NCBI GenBank assembly: GCA_016936665.1
Contig: JAFGXI010000024.1
Span: 7,832-71,831, forward strand
DNA: 64,000 bases
From: Bacteroidales bacterium
GTDB taxonomy: Bacteria; Bacteroidota; Bacteroidia; Bacteroidales; JAFGXI01
Direction of reading: 5' to 3'
In this document: positions 16,874 through 26,306 of the stretch, piece by piece
Numbering within the stretch: position 1 is the stretch's first letter
How the letters are laid out: each line of letters begins with the position of its first letter
Program-made: the position numbers and the translations under genes
Notes under the pieces: model-generated
Seen by the model: only the letters and a program-made list of their open reading frames with translations
Told to the model about the DNA's origin: nothing
The model's database searches: none

Positions 16874-18781
16874 ATGAGTCTTCGATATTTATTTTTTCTA
16901 ATAATTTTTATACTTAGTGTAAGCACACTAAAGGCTCAATCTGCGAAACAATACAAGAAAGCCGGCGATAAGGCTTTCGATGCCGGTGATTATATAACAG
17001 CCTCGCAGAATTACGAAAAAGCCTATGTTATTTCGCCCATCGAAATGCTTGAATATCAAATGGCCGTGAGTTTATTTTATCAAAGAAATTATGAGAAAGC
17101 CTTAGTGCTTTTTATTAAACTCACAGAAAATAGTCTTTCGAAGTATCCAATGTCTGAATGGTTCTTGGCTCAAACTTATCATGCATTAGGGCAGTACCAA
17201 CGTGCAAATTTATCTTATCATAATTATTATAAAGCACATAGAAAGCAACGCGATTTTTATACACTGAAGGCGAAGCAAGGTATTACAGCAAGCGAAAAAG
17301 CCTTCGATTTTTCATTAGATCCCGACACAAGTTGCGACATTCATTTAATGGAAGAATTAACAATGGATGGACATTCTGAGTTGCAGTTTGTCAATTATAA
17401 ACCAAACGAGCAGTATTTAGTGGCAAAACGCCCGATGTTTAATAATGACAGCTTATTTACTAGTCGAGTTTTTTTATGGCAAAACGATAGTTTAATTCCG
17501 CTAGACACCAACATCAATTTTTATCCTGCTAATATTGGTGCTATTTCGTTAAATACAGAAGGTAACGAAGCTTACTTCTCGGTATGCGAATTGGTCAACG
17601 ACAAAAAGATATGTTCTATTTATCAGTCGAAAAAATTGAATGGAGCGTGGCAGAAGGCCGAGAAATTTGATGAGAATATCAACTTTGAAGCGGCTAATAA
17701 TATCCATCCGTATTATTTCGAAAAAAATAATCATTCGTACATATTATTTGCTTCAGATGTAAAAGATGGCGAAGGAGGGTACGATATTTATTATACAGAA
17801 AAAGAAAGCGGTCGTTTTAAAAAAGCAAAAAATCTTGGACGAAGAATTAACTCTATCGACGATGAAATAACTCCTTACTATAGTGTCGAAGAAAACAGAT
17901 TGTATTTTTCATCGAAATGGTACGAAAATTTAGGTGGCTTCGATATTTTTTATGCCGATGGCGATATCGAAACCCTAGATTTACCCATCAATTTAGGACT
18001 TCCGATTAATTCGAGTTACGACGATTTGTACTATAATCAATCTAATTACACCAATGTTGCTTATTTATCGAGTAATAGATTAAATCCTGAGGCATTAAAA
18101 TCGGAAACATGTTGCAATAACATTTATACTTATTCTTTACCCGAACGAATAATAGACTCTGTGCCAGATACTAATTGGGTTGTTAAAAGTGTGGAAAAAA
18201 TGGAACAGTTAATTCCAATTGATCTTTATTTCGATAACGATCATCCCAACCCTAAAACGACCGATACCAGCACGAATTTTACATATGAGCAAACTTATGT
18301 AGCATACTTTAAGAAATTAAAAGAATACGAAGATGAATTTTCTTTTGGATTAAAAAAGGAAGCTAAAAGTAATGCTGTTAATATGATTGATAATTTCTTT
18401 TTCGAAAAAGTAGAAAAAGGTTTCGATCAGCTTAAAGATTTTAATCAAATGCTTATTCAATTGCTTCGCGATGGATATAATGTTGAGCTTGTGGTTAAGG
18501 GCTTTGCAAGTCCTCTGAATAGCAATAGTTACAATATCAATCTGTCTAAAAGAAGAGTTTCATCTATTGTAAATTACTACCGAAAAACCGAAGATGGTTT
18601 GTTTGCAGAATACATAGATGGCGAAACGCCACAATTAATTCTAAAAGAAGAAGCTTTTGGAGAAGATACTGCCTCAAGAAAGGTTTCTGATGATAGAAAT
18701 GATAAAAAAAATTCGATATATAGCCCATGGGCAGCAGAAGAAAGAAGGGTACAGTTATTAGCTTTCAAATTGGAAAAATAA
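16874..18781 (+). CDS. TPR / PD40-like / OmpA-like periplasmic protein
   Basis: Signal peptide; N-terminal TPR-like helices; repeated PD40-like motifs (E..PY.S.D...LYFSS, GG.DI(F)Y); a divergent OmpA-like C-terminus (NINLSKRRVSSIVNYY...EERRVQLL). Architecture parallels the 46416..48617 protein. Confidence 0.7.
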   Translation: MSLRYLFFLIIFILSVSTLKAQSAKQYKKAGDKAFDAGDYITASQNYEKAYVISPIEMLEYQMAVSLFYQRNYEKALVLFIKLTENSLSKYPMSEWFLAQTYHALGQYQRANLSYHNYYKAHRKQRDFYTLKAKQGITASEKAFDFSLDPDTSCDIHLMEELTMDGHSELQFVNYKPNEQYLVAKRPMFNNDSLFTSRVFLWQNDSLIPLDTNINFYPANIGAISLNTEGNEAYFSVCELVNDKKICSIYQSKKLNGAWQKAEKFDENINFEAANNIHPYYFEKNNHSYILFASDVKDGEGGYDIYYTEKESGRFKKAKNLGRRINSIDDEITPYYSVEENRLYFSSKWYENLGGFDIFYADGDIETLDLPINLGLPINSSYDDLYYNQSNYTNVAYLSSNRLNPEALKSETCCNNIYTYSLPERIIDSVPDTNWVVKSVEKMEQLIPIDLYFDNDHPNPKTTDTSTNFTYEQTYVAYFKKLKEYEDEFSFGLKKEAKSNAVNMIDNFFFEKVEKGFDQLKDFNQMLIQLLRDGYNVELVVKGFASPLNSNSYNINLSKRRVSSIVNYYRKTEDGLFAEYIDGETPQLILKEEAFGEDTASRKVSDDRNDKKNSIYSPWAAEERRVQLLAFKLEK

Positions 18782-18782
18782 A

Positions 18783-19697
18783 ATGAGCGATTTTCACCAT
18801 CAAGAACAAGAAAAGATAGGTTTTAGATTGTTGGTGTCTATTCTTTTGAATATTGGTATCACAGCATTTCAAACACTTGGTTTTTTTATTTCCGGAAGTT
18901 TGTCGTTGTTAAGCGATGCAATGCACAATTTTACCGATGTTTTCTCTCTTGTAATAAGCTGGTTTGCTTCTAAAATGATGCAGCGAGCCTATAGCAAAAA
19001 AGCAACTTTTGGTTATGTTCGCTCCGAAGTATTGGCGGCATTTATTAATACAATTATTTTGTTACTGATTGCTGCCTTTTTAATTAAAGAGGCTATAGAG
19101 CGTTTTTGGCAACCCGAGACACTACAAAGTATCGATACTAAATGGATTATTTGGGGAACTTTAGTTAGTATTGTTGGCAACTTTTTAAGTGTATTAGTAC
19201 TTTATTCCAAAGCGAAAGATAACATCAATGTAAAATCGTCTTATCTGCATTTATTGAGCGACTTAATGTCGTCTTTAGCGATTTTGTTGGGGGGGATTAT
19301 AATGTATTATACCCAATGGATGTGGATCGATGGTTTGTTGAGTATTTTAATTGCTGTTTATTTGCTTTGGATTAGCTTTAAGCTACTTGGCCAAACCTAT
19401 AATATTTTGATGCAATTTTCTCCGGTCGATGTGAAAGAAGAGGATATTCAATTGATATTAAATTCGATTCCTGAAATTAAAAATATTCACCACTTACACA
19501 TTTGGGAAATGACAAGCGGACGCACAATGCTAATGGCTCATGTAGATTTTTATCAGAACATCGACCTTAAGCAAGCTAACGAATTATTAGATGTTTTAGC
19601 AAGTTCTCTTAAAGAAAAATATCAGATTTTCGAAGTGAATTTACAAGCTGAGTTTGATGTAAAAGATGATAAGTCGTTGATTAATCAATCGATTTAA
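18783..19697 (+). CDS. Cation diffusion facilitator family transporter (CzcD-like)
   Basis: Six predicted TM helices, the SLLSDAMHNFTD and HLLSDLMSS metal-site motifs, and a C-terminal cytoplasmic domain (HHLHIWEM). Confidence 0.85.
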   Translation: MSDFHHQEQEKIGFRLLVSILLNIGITAFQTLGFFISGSLSLLSDAMHNFTDVFSLVISWFASKMMQRAYSKKATFGYVRSEVLAAFINTIILLLIAAFLIKEAIERFWQPETLQSIDTKWIIWGTLVSIVGNFLSVLVLYSKAKDNINVKSSYLHLLSDLMSSLAILLGGIIMYYTQWMWIDGLLSILIAVYLLWISFKLLGQTYNILMQFSPVDVKEEDIQLILNSIPEIKNIHHLHIWEMTSGRTMLMAHVDFYQNIDLKQANELLDVLASSLKEKYQIFEVNLQAEFDVKDDKSLINQSI

Positions 19698-21592
19698 CCA
19701 ATTTTTCTAATGTTTTTCCAAATGCTCAACAAATCGAACCATAGGGTATAGTTTTTTGCGTAGCTGACTTGATCTTCAACTTCGATAATGCAGGGTTTTA
19801 ACTCTGGTAAGTGGATTTTATCTGGACTTAGTTTGGTGTAACCAACAAATGTTTTTCGATTTAATATTACACTTAATAGATTATTGAAGAAATTTTGTTT
19901 TTGATCTTGAATCAGCAAAAATATTGGAGAACTAATCATTAATGTTAAAGCTATTAATAAATCTAATACTCGTTTGTTCCTTTTATTTTCTTCAGAATTA
20001 ATTAGGTTTAAATCTACATGGTATAACGTTCCGTTGGTGTTTGCCGAGCTACTTCCTATAACCGAAATACTATCGGGAGAAGCAATTTTGGTATCGCAAT
20101 TTAATGGATTTAAGTCGAGCATATTGCTAATAATATCGGCCGAACTTACATTCTTAGCGCAAAAAATAACTTCGTCTATTTGGTGCACACGTACAATTTC
20201 GAATAACTGAGATATGCTTCCCAATGAGCCTTCGTAGGCTATTTCGTTGGATTGGACATATCCTTTTATTTCCGGTTGTTCTTGCAATGCTCTAACAATA
20301 TTGGCGACTCTTTCCGATTCTTGTTTATCGCCTACGATTATCATCTTCTTTTTGTACTTAATTTTATAACGGAATGGAATAAAGCTAAGTTGATGAAAAA
20401 ACCATCGATAGCTAGGTAAGGTTAAAAATGCCCAAGCTATTGAGCTCAAAATTAAAAAACGAGAAAGGCGTACATCTTCGTCAAGAAGAGCGTAACCGGC
20501 TAAGGTTAAAACACCTCCAAAAGCAACGCCCCGTATGAGCTTGGTAAATTGAACTGGTTTAAAATAAGCTCCGAATATACTAAGCGATAATAAATAAGTT
20601 AAGCCAATGGCAGGGATGATAATCCATGTGATTGATGATGGATAATAGCCCGAATGATATTGGTATTGTTCCCATAATTTAGTAAGACTCCAAAAACCAA
20701 AAGTAAGTACTAAAAAGTCGATAGTAGGAAGATAAATATTACTTGCGATTCTTTTAAAAATAGCAATGCCTGCTCTAAGATAAACAGCCGCCTTTATCAA
20801 ATTAATTAGGCAGGAAGCAGATTTTCCAAAATGCTTTTGAGCAAAAATAATCATTGCGTTATAAAAGGTTTTAACATAATTTAAAGAACTTTTTTTAGTG
20901 CTTTCGCCTTTGTAGTGTATTATGGTAGTGTCCGCAAAATAGTAGTTTTTATAACCACCCAATATTATTCTGTACGATAAATCGATGTCTTCGCCGTACA
21001 TAAAAAAGGTCTCATCGAGCAAGCCTACTTTGTCGAGGGCTTCTTTACGCATCAACATAAATGCACCCGATAAAATCTCAACTTCGTGTGTTTGGTTTAA
21101 ATCTAAGAAACTCAAATGGTACTGACCGAATTTTTTGGAGTTAGGGAATAGTTTCGATAAACCAAAAATCTTATAAAAGGCTACCTTTGGTGTAGGGAGA
21201 GCTCGTTTGCTTTCCGGTAAAAAATTACCATTTCCATCAATCATCTTAACACCAAGGCCCCCTGCTTCAGGATGTGAGTCCATAAAGCCAACAACCTTTT
21301 CGAATGTATCTTCTTCAACGAGGGTGTCCGGGTTTAGCAGTAGTATATATTCTCCTTTTGCTAATTTAATCGCTTGGTTATTTGCTACGGCAAAACCAGT
21401 GTTTTTTTTATTTTCTATTAAAGTGAAATGAGGAAACTTGCTTTTAACCATCTGGCACGATTGATCCACAGAATTATTGTCAACCACAAATACTTCGGTA
21501 CTTAGATTTCTAATGGCTTTGTCTACCGAATTTAGACATTGTTCTAAGAAATCTTTAACATTGTAATTAACAATAATGATCGATAGTTGCAT
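19694..21592 (-). CDS. Family 2 glycosyltransferase fused to a polytopic membrane region and a degenerate WbaP-like C-terminal module
   Basis: N-terminal GT2 (LSIIIVNYN, VVDNNSVD, LLLNPD, YGEDIDLSYR) and central TM helices. The C-terminus has KKMIIVGD...IDEVIFCA plus KRVLDLLIALTLMISSPIFLLI and a YAKNYTLWFDLLSIWKNI end motif. The KFRSM and DELPQ core is missing. Confidence 0.8.
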   Translation of the reverse strand: MQLSIIIVNYNVKDFLEQCLNSVDKAIRNLSTEVFVVDNNSVDQSCQMVKSKFPHFTLIENKKNTGFAVANNQAIKLAKGEYILLLNPDTLVEEDTFEKVVGFMDSHPEAGGLGVKMIDGNGNFLPESKRALPTPKVAFYKIFGLSKLFPNSKKFGQYHLSFLDLNQTHEVEILSGAFMLMRKEALDKVGLLDETFFMYGEDIDLSYRIILGGYKNYYFADTTIIHYKGESTKKSSLNYVKTFYNAMIIFAQKHFGKSASCLINLIKAAVYLRAGIAIFKRIASNIYLPTIDFLVLTFGFWSLTKLWEQYQYHSGYYPSSITWIIIPAIGLTYLLSLSIFGAYFKPVQFTKLIRGVAFGGVLTLAGYALLDEDVRLSRFLILSSIAWAFLTLPSYRWFFHQLSFIPFRYKIKYKKKMIIVGDKQESERVANIVRALQEQPEIKGYVQSNEIAYEGSLGSISQLFEIVRVHQIDEVIFCAKNVSSADIISNMLDLNPLNCDTKIASPDSISVIGSSSANTNGTLYHVDLNLINSEENKRNKRVLDLLIALTLMISSPIFLLIQDQKQNFFNNLLSVILNRKTFVGYTKLSPDKIHLPELKPCIIEVEDQVSYAKNYTLWFDLLSIWKNIRKIG

Positions 21593-21653
21593 GCTTTATT
21601 ATGTTCTCAATTTCGGATTACAAGAAAAATAACGTAAAAATTCATAAAATGTT

Positions 21654-22472
21654 TTACGATTTCTTTCTCATTATTACAACAAGTGCAATACCAGCTAATA
21701 CAAATGGAATACTGAGCCATTGCCCCATGTTAAAAGCCATGTCGTTTTCAAATGATTCTTGATTTTCTTTCACAAATTCGATGAAAAAACGAGCTGTGAA
21801 AATGCCGATCATCATCAAACCTAAGAAAAATCCGGGTTTAACTTTATCTTTTAATCTTCGGTAAGCCAACATCACGATTACAAAGGTAAAAACATAACCT
21901 AAGGCTTCGTATAACTGCGAAGGATGTCGAGGAATTTCGTCGACGCGTTCGAAAATAAATCCAAAAGACAGATTTGTGGCTTTTCCTATTATTTCGGAAT
22001 TCATTAAATTTCCGAAACGAACCATTGCGCCCGCAAGTGGAATTACTAATGCAATTTTATCGAAAAAGACCAATGCATTTTTCTTTTGAACTAGAGCAAA
22101 TAAAATAACAGACAGCACAATGCCTATTGCTGCTCCATGACTTGCAAGTCCTTGAAAACCTGAAAATTCATAACCGCTTGTGGTTTGGTGTATAGGTAAT
22201 AAAATTTCTAACATATGGTTTTTATAGTAATACCATTCGTAGAAAAAGACATGACCTAGTCTAGCTCCCAAAACAGTTCCTACACCAACATATATAAATA
22301 GTTTATCGAGCCATTCTAGAGGCATGTTTTCCTTAATAAAAACTTTCTTTAGAATATAGTAGCTTACAATTAAGCCACCAACAAACAGAAGCGAATAATA
22401 ACGAATAGCTATAGATCCTATTTTAAATATTTCGGGTTCGATGTTCCAATGAATATAATTGAGCATATGCAA
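21654..22472 (-). CDS. lgt: Prolipoprotein diacylglyceryl transferase
   Basis: Polytopic membrane protein with GARLGHVFFY, FGNLMNSEIIG and HPSQLYEALGY motifs. Confidence 0.9.
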   Translation of the reverse strand: MHMLNYIHWNIEPEIFKIGSIAIRYYSLLFVGGLIVSYYILKKVFIKENMPLEWLDKLFIYVGVGTVLGARLGHVFFYEWYYYKNHMLEILLPIHQTTSGYEFSGFQGLASHGAAIGIVLSVILFALVQKKNALVFFDKIALVIPLAGAMVRFGNLMNSEIIGKATNLSFGFIFERVDEIPRHPSQLYEALGYVFTFVIVMLAYRRLKDKVKPGFFLGLMMIGIFTARFFIEFVKENQESFENDMAFNMGQWLSIPFVLAGIALVVIMRKKS

Positions 22473-22568
22473 AGATTTGCAACAAAGTTAGAATTTTCCG
22501 ATTAAAAACCTTTATTTCATTTCTGATTCTTTACCTTTGTTTACGAACCAAAATTCCAAATTTATTTC

Positions 22569-25500
22569 ATGCAAAGACTGGTATTATTAATTATTATTCT
22601 ACTGAGTTTATGTAGTCAGGCAATTAAAGCTCAGTTCTCAGAAGTGGGCAGGCCGTTTATTTCTAATTATTCTCCAAAAGATTATAAGCACGAAAATCAG
22701 AATTTTTCTATCGCTCAAGATACCAATGGGATCATGTATTTTGGAAATTTGGATGGTATTATGCAATACGACGGGCAAACTTGGCGATACATTGAATATC
22801 CCGGTAAACCTCAATTGGCATCGACAAGGAAAGGGAAAATAATTGCCGGCGGATACCAAAGTTTTGGTATAGTTGAAAATACCGAAAATTTTAAAATGGT
22901 ATATAGAGAATTATCTAAAAGCATGGAAAAGGCAGGTTATCAATTTAACCATGTTAACGCAATTAAAACTTTTGGAGAAAAAACGGTGATAATAGCTAAA
23001 CCACAAGTTTTTGTTATTGATTCTAATCTAGCAGTAGAACATGTTCTAACCTATAACAATAATATTAAATTATTTGGGGAAAAAGAACCTTTACTACTTC
23101 TCGATTCTGGTCTTTTTAAAATTGATTTAGAAAGGTTCGATACTGTTTCTTGCCCATGCCGTTTATATAATCAAATCCAAAATATTATACCTTTTCAAGA
23201 TCAATATTTAGTTAGATTTAAAGATCAATCGTGGAAAATTTTCGATCAGGGCTTTGGATATATTAGAGATTTTAATAATCAAGCTTCCTCAATATTAAAA
23301 AATAACAAATTGGTTTCCAGTATTTATTTATCGAACGGAATGTTTGCTTTTGGAACAGAAAGTTGTGGGATAGTAATTGTCGATGAAGAAGGAAGATTTG
23401 TAACTCATATCAATCAAAATAATGGATTGTTGGATAACGATATTTATCAACTTTTCGAAGATTCGCATCACAATATTTGGGTTGCAATGAACAATGGTAT
23501 TGCATTGTTAAATTATCCTTCTGTTTTTACAATTTTTGATGCCGATTATGGAATTAAAGGCGGTGTTTTTGATATTATTCGTCAGGATGGAAGAATTTAT
23601 ATTGCAACTTCTCAAGGTGTTTTGGTATCGCCGGATAATCAACTTAGTAATAATTGTCAAACAATTTCTTTTTCTAAAATTGACGGGATAAAACAAAAGT
23701 GTAGAAAGTTTTTGAAAACAAATAATCGTTTGTTTGTCTCAAATAGTACCGGCCTTTATGAAATAAAAGGACATTCAGCAGAAAAATTATCGGATGTATT
23801 TGCTTTTGGGCTAACGGCTTCTGAAGAATTTAAAGGCTATATATATGTTGCCGCTCAAAATGGATTGTATGTTTACGGCATCAGAAACGGATTTAATTTG
23901 TTGGGTAAAATAAAAAACCTTGATAAAGATATCCGGACCGTTGCCGAAACCATAGATGGCGATTTGTGGTTGGGAACCAATTACGAAGGTGTTTTTTTCC
24001 TAAGCATGTCGAGTGGCTTTACATTAAACCCTCAAATTTCTCAATACAAAGAATCAAATGGTCTTCCGAAAAATCACGGATGGATCGATGTGTTTGAAAC
24101 GCATAAAGGAACTTATTTTTCAAGTTTCAAGGGCGTTTTTAATTTCAACGATAAAACCCATCAATTCGAAAAACAATACTTAATCGATTCGCTTAAAAAC
24201 CGATGGTACTACCCAATTTCTGAAGATATGCATGGAAATCTATGGTTCAGTTCTGGCATAGCAAAAGAATACCGTAGACAAACCGGCTTAAGATATTACT
24301 ATGCTGAAAAAGATTCTTTTGTATCTGTGACTCAGCCATTCAATCAAATTCGAGATTATTCTATCGAAGTTATATATCCAGATGAAAACTCAGTAATTTG
24401 GTTTGGTTCAATAGAGGGTTTGTTACGTTTCGATAGCAAAAAGATGAATAGAGATAACGAAGTTTATCAAACAAAATTACGCTCTGTTAAGTTTGGAAAA
24501 GATTCGATTATCGATCCAAATATTTTTAAAACGAAAACAATTTTAAAACTACCATATAAGTGGAATACTCTTGTTTTTCAGGCCAGCACGGCGTATTACC
24601 AGCCTCAAGATGAAGTGTTGTTTCAATTTAGGTTGGAAGGCTTAGAAGAGGAGTGGTCTAACTGGCAAAGTACCTGTACAGAACAATATTCCGGTTTAAA
24701 AGAAGGCGATTACACTTTGTTTGTAAGAAGTAAGAATATACATGATATTATTTCCGACCCGGCCAGTTTTAGTTTTCATATTAAACCACCCTACTATAGA
24801 ACATGGTGGGCTTATTTGTCGTATTTTATTTTGTTGGGGTCTTTCATATACATGATTTTCAGATATAGAGCTTATTTGTATGCCAAAGAAAAAAGCGAAT
24901 TGGAGCGAATCATAAGAGATAAGACAGAAGAAATTGTTTTGCAAAAAGAAAGAGCCGAAGATCTGGTGAAAAACATTTTACCAGAAGATACAGCTCGAGA
25001 ATTGCAAACAAAAGGCAGAGCTACTCGAAAGAAATACGAATTGGTAACGGTCTTATTTTCAGATATTCAAGGGTTTACTAAGATTGCAGAAGGTTTAAAC
25101 CCCGAGAGTTTACTCGATGAGTTAGATTTTTATGTTTTGGAGTTCGATAAAGTGGTGGAACGCTTCGATATTGAGAAAATTAAAACGATCGGAGATGCGT
25201 ACATGTGTGCAGGAGGAATACCAAAGAAAAATAAAACCAATCCGATCGATGTTGTGTTGGCCGGTTTGCAAATGATCCATTATGCTAAAAAAATTCAAGA
25301 AAGATCGGAGTTCGATTGGGGAATCCGTTTTGGAGTTCATACAGGGCCTGTAATTGCCGGTGTTGTTGGAAGTAAGAAAATGTCGTACGACATATGGGGC
25401 GATACTGTAAATATTGCAAGCAGGATGGAATCGTACGGAGAAGTTGGTCATTTGAATATCTCTGAAACAACTTACGAAATTGTTTCGTCGTATTTCGAGT

Positions 25501-26234
25501 GCGAATACCGTGGAGAATTACCAGTGAAGTACAAAGGCAATATGGCCATGTATTTTGTACATGGATTGAAGCCGGAATATTGCGACGATGAGGATAAAAT
25601 AAATCCGAATAAAAAGTTTATGCTGAAAATACAAAACATCAGATTCGAAGAGTTGGAAGATCTAATTTTAACTAAGTTAGAAAAAGGCTTAGATAAGCGT
25701 TTGTATTATCATAATGTAAAGCATACCATCGATGTAATGAACCAAGTAGAAGTGATTGGAATAGGAGAGGGAATAAGCGACGATGAGATGATTTTGCTTA
25801 AAACAGCAGCTCTTTTTCATGACTTAGGTCATACTATTAGTTTCTTAGATCACGAAGAGCAGGGGATAATTTTTGCCAAAGATTTATTGCCTAATTTTAA
25901 ATATTCCGATGCTCAAATTGAGCAAATATCTGAGCTCATTTATGCAACAAAGTTTCCTCCCGAGCCCAAAAATAAATTGGAAGAAATTATTTGCGATGCC
26001 GATTTAGATTATCTAGGAAGAAAAGACTTTTTACCGGTTTCTAATAATTTATACTTAGAAATGTTCGAGCACGGAAGGATAAATAATCGAAAGGAATGGA
26101 ATGAATTGCAAATTAGTTTCCTTAAATCGCATCAGTATTATACAGAAACAGCAAGAAAAGCGAGAGAGGTTAACAAGCAGGAGCAATTACAAAAACTGAT
26201 CGAGCAAATGGAACGCGACTCTACAAAATATTAG
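22569..26234 (+). CDS. Sensor protein: periplasmic beta-propeller/Y_Y_Y domain, one TM helix, class III adenylate/guanylate cyclase, HD domain
   Basis: Signal peptide; repeated Reg_prop-like blades (D..GN(I/L)W(V/F)(A/G)T..G(I/L)); Y_Y_Y-like module (GDYTLFVRSKN...FHIKPPYY); TM helix WWAYLSYFILLGSFIYMIF at about 24804-24860. Cyclase motifs: VTVLFSDIQGFT, IKTIGDAYMCAGG, GVHTGPVIAGVVG, DIWGDTVNIASRMES. HD motifs: HNVKHT..AALFHDLGH..CDADLDYLG. Confidence 0.85.
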   Translation: MQRLVLLIIILLSLCSQAIKAQFSEVGRPFISNYSPKDYKHENQNFSIAQDTNGIMYFGNLDGIMQYDGQTWRYIEYPGKPQLASTRKGKIIAGGYQSFGIVENTENFKMVYRELSKSMEKAGYQFNHVNAIKTFGEKTVIIAKPQVFVIDSNLAVEHVLTYNNNIKLFGEKEPLLLLDSGLFKIDLERFDTVSCPCRLYNQIQNIIPFQDQYLVRFKDQSWKIFDQGFGYIRDFNNQASSILKNNKLVSSIYLSNGMFAFGTESCGIVIVDEEGRFVTHINQNNGLLDNDIYQLFEDSHHNIWVAMNNGIALLNYPSVFTIFDADYGIKGGVFDIIRQDGRIYIATSQGVLVSPDNQLSNNCQTISFSKIDGIKQKCRKFLKTNNRLFVSNSTGLYEIKGHSAEKLSDVFAFGLTASEEFKGYIYVAAQNGLYVYGIRNGFNLLGKIKNLDKDIRTVAETIDGDLWLGTNYEGVFFLSMSSGFTLNPQISQYKESNGLPKNHGWIDVFETHKGTYFSSFKGVFNFNDKTHQFEKQYLIDSLKNRWYYPISEDMHGNLWFSSGIAKEYRRQTGLRYYYAEKDSFVSVTQPFNQIRDYSIEVIYPDENSVIWFGSIEGLLRFDSKKMNRDNEVYQTKLRSVKFGKDSIIDPNIFKTKTILKLPYKWNTLVFQASTAYYQPQDEVLFQFRLEGLEEEWSNWQSTCTEQYSGLKEGDYTLFVRSKNIHDIISDPASFSFHIKPPYYRTWWAYLSYFILLGSFIYMIFRYRAYLYAKEKSELERIIRDKTEEIVLQKERAEDLVKNILPEDTARELQTKGRATRKKYELVTVLFSDIQGFTKIAEGLNPESLLDELDFYVLEFDKVVERFDIEKIKTIGDAYMCAGGIPKKNKTNPIDVVLAGLQMIHYAKKIQERSEFDWGIRFGVHTGPVIAGVVGSKKMSYDIWGDTVNIASRMESYGEVGHLNISETTYEIVSSYFECEYRGELPVKYKGNMAMYFVHGLKPEYCDDEDKINPNKKFMLKIQNIRFEELEDLILTKLEKGLDKRLYYHNVKHTIDVMNQVEVIGIGEGISDDEMILLKTAALFHDLGHTISFLDHEEQGIIFAKDLLPNFKYSDAQIEQISELIYATKFPPEPKNKLEEIICDADLDYLGRKDFLPVSNNLYLEMFEHGRINNRKEWNELQISFLKSHQYYTETARKAREVNKQEQLQKLIEQMERDSTKY

Positions 26235-26255
26235 TTTTATAAATCAAAATTTTTG

Positions 26256-26298
26256 AAAAAACAAAAGCGGCTAAAATCAAGCCGCTTTTGTTTTTTTT
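26256..26298. terminator. Bidirectional terminator between convergent genes
   Basis: AAAAGCGGC-TAAAATCAA-GCCGCTTTT perfect 9-bp stem, flanked by an A run upstream and a T run (TTTTTTTT) downstream. Confidence 0.8.
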
Positions 26299-26306
26299 GG
26301 AGAATA

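Noticed and set aside
22569-26234. The 1221-aa propeller/Y_Y_Y protein could be a Bacteroides-type hybrid two-component system
   Set aside because: No HisKA/HATPase, receiver or AraC-type output motifs are visible after the TM helix. The cytoplasmic part reads as a class III cyclase plus an HD domain instead.
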